Source: Heterodontus francisci | Taxonomy: Eukaryota | DNA: 64,000 nt | Direction of reading: 5' to 3' | Assembly (NCBI RefSeq): GCF_036365525.1 | Contig: NC_090421.1 | Span: 7,823,133 to 7,887,132 of the forward strand | Shown here: piece by piece, positions 12,920 through 24,250 of the stretch | How positions within the stretch are numbered: the first letter of the stretch is position 1 | Layout of the letters: each line of letters begins with the position of its first letter | Notes under the pieces: generated by a model | What the model was told of the DNA's origin: nothing | The model's input: only the letters and a program-made list of their open reading frames with translations | Database searches by the model: none | Program-made: the position numbers and the translations under genes

Positions 12920-13500
12920 GGGCTGAATTTTATGTGCCTGCTGCCGATTCCGGCGGCAGGCGAGAAAATGGCGGTCCGCACAGAGCCGCCACAATCTTCC
13001 ATGAGGCGGCTCATTTAAATAGCCAGGGCAGAGCTCCCTCCCCTCCCCTCCCCCACCCATCACATGGAGGGGGCGGGCTGTGCACAGGCGCTGACGCCAA
13101 TCCTCCCCTCACCTACCAAACTGCACAAACTTTCAACTCCAACCCTTCCCACCATCCCCTACACCGTGACGTTAATTTGACCCCATAGCCACCCCCCACA
13201 CTGATTAAACATAACTTTCCCCACCCCCCCCCCCCCCCCCCACAAACTGCTCTGCCTCATTTCCCTAGATAGGGATCTGAAGGCATGGGAGTACTGGCCG
13301 CCAGGCTGAAGATCAGGAAACAATGTGAGATTAATTAATTCACCGAGGGGGGGACGCCACCACGATGCCTCACCACCAACGGTACTATTGGGCCGGCCCT
13401 CCTGGTGTCAGGGTGCGTGGCGGCCCTCTCCCAGAGGCATTTTCCGCCCCACCATGAAACCTGATGTCAGAGGTGGGGGGGGATCAGTAAAGTCCAGCCC
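12920..13500. mobile_element. Harbinger-like MITE
   Basis: TIRs GGGCTGAATTTTA / TAAAGTCCAGCCC; flanks AGT and ACT are not a perfect TSD. Confidence 0.5.
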
Positions 13501-13629
13501 ACTGTACACAGTTCTGATCTCCATGTTATATTAAAAAAAAAAGCATGTAGAGGCACTGGAGAAGATGGGGGGGAAAAGATTCAAAAGAATGTTACCAGAA
13601 CTGAGAAGATCTTGATTTTATGTAATAAG

Positions 13630-14600
13630 AACATAAGCAATAGAAGCAGTGGGCCATTCGGCCCTGCTCTGCCATTCAATAAGATCATATCTGATCTGGT
13701 TGTGGCCTCAACTTCGCTATCCTGGTTGCTCCCCATAACCCTTGACTCCCTTGTAGATCAAAAATCTGTCTAACTCAGCCTTGAATATATTCAATGATCC
13801 AACTGCCATTGCTCTCTGAGGAAGAAAATTCCAAAAACTAATGACAATCTGAGAAAAGAAATTCCTCCCCATCTCCATCTTAAATGGGAGATCCTTTATT
13901 CTGAAACTGTGCCCCCTAGTTCTAGATTCCCCCACGAGGGGAAACATCCTCTCAGTATCTACCCTGTCAAGCCCCCTCAGGATCTTATATGTTTCAATAA
14001 GATCATCTCTCATTCTTCTAAACTCCAATGCGTAGCGGCTCAACCTTTCCACATAAGACAACCCCTTCACCCCAGGAATCAGCCTCGTGAACCTTCTCTG
14101 AACTGCTTCCAATGCAGGTATATCCCTCCTTAAATAAGGAGACCAAAACTGTACACAGTACTCTAGGTGTGATCTCACCAACACCCTGCACAGTTGCAGC
14201 AAGGCGTCCCTACTTTTATACTCCAACCCCCTTGCAATAAAGGCCAACACTCCATCTACCTTCCTAATTACTTGCTGTACCTGCATGCTAACTTTTTATG
14301 ATTCTTGTACGAAGTTTCCATACCAAAAGGAAGGATATACTTTCCTCGGGGGGTATAATGAAGGTTCACTAGATTAATTCCGTGGATGAGAGTGTTGCCC
14401 GATGAGGAAAGATTGAGTAGAATGGGCCTATACTCTCTGGAATTTCGAAGAATGAGAGGTGATCTTGTTATAACATATAAAACTGAGGGGGCTTGACAAG
14501 GTTGATGATGAGAGGTTGTTTTCTCTGACTGGAGAGTCTAGAACTAGGGGTCACAGGCTCAGGATAAGGTGTCAGCCATTTAGGACTGAATCCTAAACTG
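13630..14600. mobile_element. Two divergently oriented CR1 3' fragments (minus ~13630-14310, plus ~14315-14600)
   Basis: 189-aa ORF ...LEYCVQFWSPYLRRDI...; + strand EFRRMRGDL. Confidence 0.8.
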
Positions 14601-14886
14601 AGCTGCTATGAACGATGCTTAGCTAGGGCAAAAGGTAAGGAGCAAAAATTGGACTCAGTGTCTCATTTGGGGAAGGAGGTGCATTCACTCCATGTGGTAT
14701 CAAGAAACAGCTGAAGGCACTGGATACTGCAAAGGCTATGAGCCCTGATAACATCCCAGCAATAGTACTGAAGACTTTTGCTGCAGAACTAACCGCACCC
14801 CTAGCCAAGCTGTTCCAGTACAGCGACAACACTGCCATCTACCTGGCAATGTGGAAAATTGCCCAGTTATGTCCTGTCCGCAAAAA

Positions 14887-17360
14887 GCAGAAGTAACAGG
14901 GTGGTTGTCATGGGTGACTTCAACTTCCCTAATATTGATTGGAACCTCCTTAGTGCAAATAGTTTGGATGGAGCAGTTTTTGTCAGGTGTGTCCAGGAAG
15001 GTTTCCTGACTCAATATGTAGATAGGCCGACTAGAGGGGAGGCGATGTTGGATTTGGTGCTTGGCAAGGAACCAGGCCAGGTGGCAGATCTCTCGGTGGG
15101 AGAGCATTTCGGTGATAGTGATCACAACTCCCTGACCTTTACTATAGTCATGGAGAGGGACAGGAGCAGACGGGATGGGAAAATATTTAATTGGGGGAGG
15201 GGGAATTACAATGCTATTAGGCAGGAACTGGGGAGCATAAATTGGGAACAGATGTTCTCAGGGAAATGCACGACAGAAATGTGGAGGTTGTTTCGGGAGC
15301 ACTTGCTGCGACTGCTGGATAAGTTTGTCCCGATGATGGTATGGTAGGGTGAAGGAACCTTGGATGACAAGAGATGTGAAACAGCTAGTCAAGAGGAAGA
15401 AGGAAGCTTACTTAAGGTTGAGGAAGCAAGGATCAGACAGGGCTCTAGAGGGTTACAAGGTAGCCAGGAATGAACTGAAGAATAGACTTAGGAGAGCTCG
15501 AAGGGGACATGAAAAAGTCTTGGCGGGTAGGATTAAGGAAAATCCCAAGGTGTTCTACACTTATGTGAGGAACAAAAGGATGGCCAGAGTGAGGGCAGGG
15601 CCGATCAGGGATAGTGGAGGGAACTTGTGCCTGGAGTCGGAGGAGGTAGGGGAGGTCCTAAATGAATACTTTGCTTCAGTATTCACTAGTGAGAGGGACC
15701 TGGTCGTTTGTGAGGACAGCGTGGAACAGGCTGATATGCTCGAACAGGTTGAGGTTAAGAGGGAGGATGTGCTGGAAATTTTGAAAGACATGAGGACAGA
15801 TAAGTCCCCGGGGCCAGACGGGATATACCCAAGGATATTACGGGAAGCGAGGGAAGAGATTGCCGCGCCTTTGACGATGATCTTTGCGTCCTCACTGTCC
15901 ACTGGAGTAGTACCAGATGATTGGAGGGTGGCAAATGTTATTCTCTTGTTCAAGAAAGGGAATAGGGATAACCCTGGGAATTATAGACCAGTCAGTCTTA
16001 CGTCGGTAGTGGGCAAATTACTGGAGAGGATTCTGAGAGACAGGATTTATGATTATTTGGAAAAGCATGGTTTGATTAGAGACAGTCAGCATGGCTTTGT
16101 GAGGGGCAGGTCATGCCTCACAAGCCTTACTGAATTCTTTGAAGATGTGACAAAACACATTGATGAAGGAAGAGCAGTGGATGTGGTGTATATGGATTTT
16201 AGCAAGGCATTTGATAAGGTTCCCCATGGTAGGCTCATTCAGAAAGTAAGGAGGCATGGGATACAGGGAAAGTTGGCTGTCTGGATACAAAATTGGCTGG
16301 CCTATAGAAGACAGAGGGTGGTAGTAGATGGAAAGTATTCAGCATGGAGCTCGGTGACCAGTGGTGTTCCGCAGGGATCTGTTCTGGGACCTCTGCTCTT
16401 TGTGATTTTTATAAATGACTTGGATGAGGAAGTGGAAGGCTGGGTTAGCAAGTTTGCTGATGACACGAAGGTTGCTGGAGTTGTGGATAGTGTGAAAGGC
16501 TGTTGTAGGTTGCAATGGGACATTGACAGGATGCAGAGCTGGGCTGAGAAGTGGCAGATGGAGTTCAACCTGGAAAAGTGTGAAGTGATTCATTTTGGAA
16601 GGTCGAATTTGAATGCAGAATACAGGCTTAAAGACAGGATTCTTGGCAATGTGGAGGAACAGAGGGATCTTGGGGTCCATGTCCATAGATTGCTCAAAGT
16701 TGCCACCCAAGTTGATAGGGTTGTTAAGAAGGCGTATGGTGTGTTGGCTTTCATTAACAGGGGGATTGAGTTTAAGAGCCGCGAGGTTATGCTGCAGCTC
16801 TATAAAGCCCTGGTTAGACCACACTTGGAATATTGTGTTCAGTTCTGGTCGCCTCGTTATAGGAAGGATGTGGAAGCTTTAGAGAGGGTGCAGAGGAGAT
16901 TTACCAGGATGCTGCCTGGACTGGAGGGCATGTCTTACGAAGAAAGATTGAGGGAGCTCGGGCTTTTCTCATTGGAGCGAAGAAGGATGAGAGGTGACTT
17001 GATAGAGGGGTACAAGATGATGAGAGGCATAGATAGAGTGGATAGCCAGAGACTTTTTCCCAGGGTGGAAAGGGCTATCACCAGGGGATGTAATTTTAAG
17101 GTGATTGGAGGAAGGTTTCAGGGAGATGTCAGAGGTAGGTTCTTTACACAGAGAGTGGTGGGTGCGTGGAATGCGCTGCCAGCGGTGGTAGTAGAAGCAG
17201 ATACATTGGGGGCATTTAAGCGACTCTTGGATAGGTACATGGACGATCGTAGAGTGAAGGGTAGGTAGGTAGTTTGATCTTAGAGTAGGTTAAAGGTTCA
17301 GCACAACATCGTGGGCCGAAGGGCCTGTACTGTGCTGTACTGTTCTATGTTCTATGTTCT
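14887..17360 (+). mobile_element. Young 5'-truncated CR1 LINE (partial APE endonuclease plus RT, one frameshift near 15340)
   Basis: VVVMGDFN...SDH endonuclease motifs; RT motifs GVPQGSVLGP and KFADDTK; (TTCTATG)n 3' tail. Confidence 0.93.
15349..17268 (+). pseudogene. CR1 ORF2 reverse transcriptase, 639-aa open stretch
   Basis: NYRPVSLTS, QHGF, DFSKAFD, PQGSVLGP, FADD, LEYCVQFWSP. Confidence 0.85.
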
Positions 17361-18694
17361 AAATCCAACCCAGCCAATTACCACCCGATCAGTCTACACT
17401 TGATTATCAGCAAAGTAATGGAAGGGGTCGTCAACAGTGCTATCCAGCGGCACTTGCTCAGCAATAACCTGCTCACTGATGCTCAGTTTGGGTTCCTCCA
17501 GGGCCACTCAGCTCCTGACCTCATTACAGCCTTGGTTTAAACATGGACAAAAGAGCTGAACTCAAGAGGTGAGGTGAGAATGACTGCCCTTGACATCAAG
17601 GCAGCATTTGACGAGTATGGCATCAAGGAGCCCTAGCAAAACTGGAGTCAGGGTGAAAAACCTCCGTTGGTTGGAGTCTTACCTAGCACAAAGGATTGTG
17701 GTTGTTGGTGGTCAATCATCTCAGTCCCAGGAAAACACTGCAGGAGTTCCTCAGGGTAGTGTCCTTGGCCCAAACATCTTCAGCTGCTTCATCAATGACC
17801 TTCCCTCCATCATAAGATCAGATGTGGGGATGTTCGCTGATGATTGCACAATATTCAGCACCATTCCTGACTCCTCAGATACTGAAGCAGCCCGTGTCCA
17901 GATGCAGCAAGATTTGAACAACATCCAGGCTTGGGCTGATAAGTGGCAAGTAACATTCACACCACACAAGTGCTCGGCAATAACCATCTCCAACAAGAGA
18001 GAATCTAACCATCTCCCCTTGACGTTCAATGGCATTACCATCGCTGAATCCCCCACTATCAACATCCTGGGTGTTACCATTGACCAGAAACTGAACCAGC
18101 CATATAAATACCGTGGCTACAAGAGCAGGTCAGAGGCTGGGAATTCTGCCGTGAGTAACTCACCTCCTGACTACCCAAAGCCTGTCCACCATCTACAAGG
18201 CACAAGTCAGGAGTGTGATGGAATACTCTCCACTTGTCTGGATCAGTGCAGTTCGAACAACACTCAAGAAACTTGACACCATCCAATACATTCACACATA
18301 CATACATACCTTCAACATTCACATCATTTTCATGCACCCACTTTTTTCACTATGTACGGATATGAGAAGGTGACAAAGAGATCACCCATTCTGCAATATG
18401 GGTGCAATATAGCCCAGGAGAAAGTGAGAGATAATACAGAATCTGCCCCAGAGAAGGGACAGTACTGAAGATTTGGACAGACATGACTTTGTAAAGAGCT
18501 ATGAATTGCTGAGGGGAAAATAAGTATTTAACACCAAAGAGAAAATTGAGCTCCTTGGAGGCAACTTCAGCAATGGAAAGGAGTTTGAGATCAAAGGTGA
18601 ATGTGAGCAATGAATGTTGATAAATGAGAGAATGGGAGACTAAACATCAGTAGTAAGAGATGGTAGCTGCACACTAACATTTACCTGTCTTTGG

Positions 18695-19105
18695 CCAGTG
18701 GTCGCACTCTCGCGTCTGAGTCAGAAGGTTCTGGGTTCTAGTCCCACTCCAGAGATTTGAGCACAAAATGTAGTTGATACCCCAGTGCAGTACTGAAGGA
18801 GGTGCTGCCTTTTGGATGAGATGTTAAACCAAAACCCCATCTGCCCTCTCAGGTGAACTTCCCCCCCCCCCGCACTATTTCAAAGAAGAGCAGAGGAGTT
18901 TTTCCTGGTGTCCTGGCCAATATTTATCACTCAATCAAAATCACTACAAATGAATTAGCTAGTCATTATCACATTGCTTTTAGTTGGAACTTGCTCTGTG
19001 AAAATTGTCTGCTGTATTTCCTACATTACAACAGTGACTACACTGCAAAAGTATGGGGAATCCTGAGGCCATGAAATGTGCTACATAAATGTAAGTCTTT
19101 CTTCT
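18695..19105 (+). mobile_element. Deu-domain tRNA-SINE
   Basis: tRNA-like head GAAGGTTCTGGGTTCTAGTCCCACT, Deu core, CTACATAAATGTAAGTCTTT tail. Confidence 0.7.
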
Positions 19106-19369
19106 CTTTACTATGTAGTTTCATAAAAATGAGAGGATGGGAATTATGTTGACATAATTCAAGGACAAGATAGATTTCTCATCACTGAGTCAGAAGGCTA
19201 TGAGTTCAATCCTTCCCCTCGAATTTCAGCACATAATCTAGGCAGACACTCCAATGCAGTATTGAGGGAGTGCGGAATCATTGTTGGTACCATTCTTTAG
19301 ATGAAACTTTAAACCAAAGTACTATCTGCCTGTCCCAGTGGTTTAGTAAAAGATCCTCTGGGAAAAATA

Positions 19370-21150
19370 GTGATCATAAATACAATTGAATTCCATATTC
19401 AGTTTAAGAGTGACATACTCAAGTCCAAAACAATAATTTTAAATTTAAACAAAGGTATGAGAAGAGAGTTGTTTGGGTAAATAGGCTGAAAGCTACGGTG
19501 GTAAATGAACAATAGGAAACATTGAAAGAAATGATTCAAAATTTTCAACAAAAATAGGTTCCATTAAAAAAAATTAGTCAGTGAGAAAGATCCATCCTTG
19601 GCTTACTAGGGAAGTTAAAGATAGTATTAGATTAAAAGAAGAGGCTTATAATGTTGCAAAGAATATTTCTAAGCCCTAGAATTGGGAGGGTTTTAGAAAC
19701 CAGCAAATGGCGACCATAAAGTTAATAAAAAGGGAACAAATATAATGTGAGAGTAAACTAGCCAGGAATATAAAAATAGATTATAAGAGCTTTTACAAGT
19801 ATATACGAAGGATGAGGGTAGCTAAAGTAAACATTGGTCCCTTAGAGGCAGAGACAAGAGAAATTATCATGGGGAATGAGGAAATGGCAAAGACATTGAA
19901 CAATTATTTTGTGTTTGTCTTCACAGTAGAAGACACAAATTACATACTAGAAATAGAGGGTAACCAAGGGGCTAATAAGAGTGAGAAATTTAAAGTAATT
20001 AATAACAGTAGAGAAAAAGTATTAGAAAAACTTGAGCTAAAAGCCAACAAATCCCCAGGACTTGATGGCCTACATCCGAGGGTTCTAAAAGAGGTAGGTG
20101 CAGAGATAGTGGATGCACTGGTTATGATTTTTCAAAATTCCCTAGACTCTAGAATGGTCCCAGCGGATTGGAAATTATCAAATGTAACACCGCTATTCAA
20201 GAAAGGAGGGAGAGAGAAAACAGGGAATTACAGGCCAGTTAGCCTGACATCAGTCATCGAGAAGATGCTGGAATCTATTATTAAGGAAGTCTTAACAATG
20301 AACTTCAAATATCATAGTATGATCAGACAAAGTCAACACAGTTTTACGAAAGGGAAATCCTGTTTGACAAATTTATTCAAGTTTTTTGAGGATGTAACTC
20401 GTAGGGTAGATAAAGGGGAGCCAGTAGATGTAGTGTAATTGAATTTCCACAAGGCATTCAATAAGGTGTCGCACAAAAGTTTAATAGGCAAGATTAGGGC
20501 TCATGGAGTTGGGGGGGGGGTGATATATTAGTGTGGACAGAGGATTGATTAATGGACAGGAAGCAGAGAGTAGGGATAAACAGGGCATTTTCAAGTTGGC
20601 AGACTGTAACCAGTGGAAGCTGTGATGAAAGATCATCGACCTGAAACGTTAACTCTGTTTCTCTCTCCACAGATGCTGCCAGACCCACCGAGCGTTTCCA
20701 GCATTTTCTGTTTTAATTTCAAATTTCCAGCATCTGAAGTGTCTTGCTATTGTCAGGAAGGATATACTTGCCATCGAGGTGGTAGAGAGACACTTCACTA
20801 GATTGGTTCCTGGGATGAGAGGGTTGTCCTATGATGAGAGGCTGAGTAAATTGGGCCGATACTCTCTGGAGTTTAGAAGAATGAGAGGTGATCTCATTGA
20901 AACATACAACATTCTGAGGGGCCTGGATAGGGTAGACACTGAGAGGTTGTTTCCTCTGGCTGGGGAATCTAGAACACTGTGCCACAGTCTCAGGATAAGG
21001 AGTCAATCATTTAGGACTGGGATAAGGGGAAATTTCTTCACTCAGAGGGTTGTGAATCTTGGAATTCTCTATCCCAGCGGGTTGTGGATTCTCCATCGTT
21101 GAGTATATTCAATGCTGGGATAGACAGATTTTTGATCTCAGGGAATGAAT
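19370..21150 (+). mobile_element. Decayed CR1 LINE, interrupted by a Penelope fragment (~20614-20750); its 3'UTR end resumes at 25478-25547
   Basis: ORF 19812-20438 (KSPGLDGLHPRVLKE...NYRPVSLTS); CR1 C-terminus 20779-21100; tail GAATGGCGGAGCAGG...CTTATGTTCTT after the inverted insert. Confidence 0.8.
20621..20748 (+). mobile_element. Penelope 3'-terminal fragment with degenerate hammerhead
   Basis: TGATGAAAGATCATCGACCTGAAACGTTAACTCTG...CACAGATGCTGCCAGACC, homologous to 47540-47630. Confidence 0.7.
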
Positions 21151-21309
21151 GAATGGGAATGATCCCAACTCGCAGCAAGTTCCATTCACTCATTCACCCT
21201 GTGCTCACTGATTCACATTGGCTCTCGGTCCCTGAACACCTATCTCAATGTTAAAATACTAATTCCCCTGTTCAACTCACCTGATGTAAAGTATTCTCCG
21301 GAGGCAGTG

Positions 21310-21850
21310 AAGATGGAATCAGGTGGCAGGACCGTATCTCCAACACAGAAGTCCTCGAGGCGGCCAACATCCTCAGCTTATACACACTACTGAATCAGCG
21401 GCGCTTGAGATGGCTTGGCCATGTGAGCCGCATGGAAGATGGCAGGATCCCCAAGGACACATTGTACAGCGAGCTCGCCACTGGTATCAGACCCACCGGT
21501 CGTCCATGTCTCCGCTTTAAAGACGTCTGCAAACGCGACATGAAGTCCTGTGACATTGATCACAAGTCGTGGGAGTCAGTTGGCAGCGTTCGCCAGAGCT
21601 GGTGGGCAGCCATAAAGGCGGGGCTAAAGTGTGGCGAGTCGAAGAGACTTAGCAGTTGGCGGGAAAAAAGACAAAAGCGCAAGGGGAGAGCCAACTGTGT
21701 AACAGCCCCGACAAACAAATTTTTCTGCAGCACCTGTGGAAGAGCCTGGCACTCTAGAATTGGCCTTTATAGCCACTCCAGGCGCTGCTTCACAAATCAC
21801 TGACCACCTCCAGGCGCTTACCCATTGTCTCTCGAGATAAGGAGGCCAAA
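21310..21850 (+). mobile_element. RTE-clade LINE 3' fragment (inverted copies ~44335-44880 and ~57885-58430)
   Basis: RLRWLGHVSRMEDGRIPKD...C-terminal CSTCGRAWHSRIGLYSH. Confidence 0.85.
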
Positions 21851-21864
21851 AGAAACAAAAGAAA

Positions 21865-23140
21865 TTAGTAGAATAGATAAGGGAGAACCAGTGGATGTGG
21901 TGTATTTGGATTTTCAGAAGGCTTTTGATAAGGTCCCACATAAGGGGTTAGTGTGCAAAATTAAAGCACATGGGATTGGGGGTAATGTACTGGCATGGAT
22001 TGAGAACTGGTTGACGGACAGGAAACAGAGTAGGAATAAACAGGTCTTTTTCCGGGTGGCAGGCAGTGACTAGTGGGGTACCGCAGGGATCAGTGCTTGG
22101 GCCCCAGCTATTCACAATATGTATTAATGACTTGGGTGAGAAAAGTAAAAGTAACATTTCCAAGTTTGCACACAACACAAAGCTGGGGTGGTGCAGGTGG
22201 GGGGGGGGGGGGGGGGGGTGTGGGGGGGGGGAAGGGAGTGGGGGGGTGGAATGTGAGCTGTGAACAGGATGCAAAGAGGCTCCAATGTGATCTGGACAAG
22301 TTGGCTGAGTGGGCAAATGCATTGCAGATGCAGTATAACGTGGATAAATGTGAGGTTATCCACTTTGGTTGTAAAAACAGAAAGGCAGATTATTATCTGA
22401 ATGGTGATAGATTGGGAAAGGGGGAGGTGCAACGAGGCCTGGGTGCCCTTGTACACCAGTCGCTGAAAGCAAGCATTCAGGTGCAGCAAGCAGTTAGGAA
22501 GGCGAGTGGTATATTGGCCTTCATTGCAAGAAGATTTGAGTACAGGAGCAAGGATGTCTTACTGCAGTTATACAGGGCATTGGTGAGACCACATCTGGAG
22601 TATTGTGTGCAGTTTTGGTCTCCTTATCTGAGGAAGGATGTTCTTGCTATGGAGGGAGTACAAAGAAGATTTACTAGGCTGATTCCTGGAATGGCAGGAT
22701 TGATGTATGAGGAGAGATTGGGCTATATTCACTAGAGTTTAGAAGAATGAGAGGGGATCTCATAGAAACCTATAAAATTGGAACAAGACTAGACAGGCGA
22801 GATGCAGGGAGGATGTTCCTGATGGCTGGGGAGTCCAGAACCAGGGGTCACAGTCTCAGGATGTGGGCTATGCCATTTAGAACCGAGATGAGGAGAAATT
22901 TCTTCACTCGGAGGGTGGTGAACCTGTGGAATTCTCTACCGCAGAAGGCAGTGGAGGCCAAGTCATTAAATATATTCAAGAAGGAGATGGATATATTTCT
23001 TAATGTCAAAGGGATCAAGGGATATGGGGAGAAAGCGGGAACAGGGTACTGAATTAGACGGTAAGCCATGATCTTTTTTGAATGGCGGAGCAGGCCCGAA
23101 GGGCCGAATGGCCTACTCCTGCTCCTATTTTCTATGTTTC
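21865..23140 (+). mobile_element. CR1 3' portion (inverted copies ~43085-44320, ~56635-57870, partial ~40040-40474)
   Basis: DFQKAFDKVPH, SGVPQGSVLGP, LEYCVQFWSP, CR1 3'UTR. Confidence 0.85.
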
Positions 23141-23589
23141 CTTCAAAGCGTTCTCTTTCACGAAGCTTCTGCTCACCTCTCCTCAAGTCTCTTTATATAG
23201 CTCAGTGTCAAATGATACCTGACTATCCTCTTGTGAAGCTCATGGAGACGTTTTAGTTAAAGGCGCGAGATAAATGCAAGTTATTGTTTGTAGCAGAGTT
23301 CCCTCGCCCAAAGTGTTTGAGCATGAAAGTGTTTTTTGCACTCTTTGGGGTAGACAGAATGCAGACAGCAGCACAGTGTGGGAGCTGATTGAAAGACTCC
23401 ACTTGCCAGAGCAATCAAATTGCCTGAGTGCTATGTCGCAAGGGCTCCACCAGCTGGTTTACTGTGGAAACTCAGGAGGATCCCTGCTGCGTTTTTGTCA
23501 GCGTGTGGTAACTGGAAGATTGCTAAATTTGGGGAATAAATAGCTCTTAAAAAAAAGGATTTAAATGGAAAAGAGTATCCATTTTTTGG

Positions 23590-24250
23590 TTTATTCGTTC
23601 ATGAGGTGTGGGATTTGCTGGCAATGCCAGCATTTATTGCCCATCCCTAATTGCACTTGAGAAGGTGGTGGTGAGCTGCCTTCTTGAACCGCTGCAGTTC
23701 ATGTGGGGTAGGTACACCCACAATGCTGTTAGGGAGGGAGTTCCAGGATTTTTATCCAGCCACAGTGAAGGAACAGCGATATATTTCCAAGTCAGTATGG
23801 TGTGTGATTTGGAGGGGAAATTACAGGTGCTGCTGTCCTTGTCCTTTTAGGTGTTTGAGGTCACGGGTTTGGAAGGTGCTGTCGAAGGAGCCTTGGTGAG
23901 TTGCTGCAGTGCATCTTGTAGATGGTACAAACTGCTGCCACTGTGCACCGGTGGTGGAGGGAGTGAATGTTTAAGTTGGTGGATGGGGTGCTGATCAAGC
24001 GGGCTGCTTTGTCCTGGATCGTATTGAGCATCTTGAGTACTGTTGGATCTGCACTCATCCAAGTAATTGGAGAATATTCCATCAGACTCCTGACCCATCC
24101 CTTGTTGATGGTGGAAAGTGTTGAGTCATTTGCCACAGAATAGTCAGCCTCTGACCTTTTTTAACCACAGTATTTATGTGGCTGATGCAGCTAAGTTTCT
24201 GGTCAATGGTGACACCCAGGATGTTGATGATGGGGGATTCAGGGATGGTT
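23590..24250 (-). mobile_element. LINE 3' fragment, same family as 14680-18285 (copies ~38940-39600, ~41985-42645, ~55535-56195)
   Basis: VRSLMEYSP...IQDKAARLI...HSLHHRCTVAAVCTIYKMHC. Confidence 0.7.

Larger units (their letters stand above)
14680..18285 (+). mobile_element. Older CR1/Jockey-group LINE split by the CR1 insertion (~14680-14890 and 17361-~18285)
   Basis: KAMSPDNIPAIVLKT...PVRKKQ continues as KSNPANY...QFGF...FADDC on the far side of the insert. Confidence 0.8.

Noticed and set aside
15349-17268. 639-aa ORF as a host gene or domesticated reverse transcriptase
   Set aside because: Ordinary CR1 ORF2: 5'-truncated, frameshifted upstream, with a typical microsatellite tail and nested in another LINE.
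22190-22246. Long G/C homopolymers (also ~2058, 7357, 10984, 13225) as functional G-quadruplexes or poly-Gly/Pro coding
   Set aside because: They lie in repeats or introns, the 22190 tract differs in length between duplicate copies, and such tracts are prone to slippage and sequencing error.
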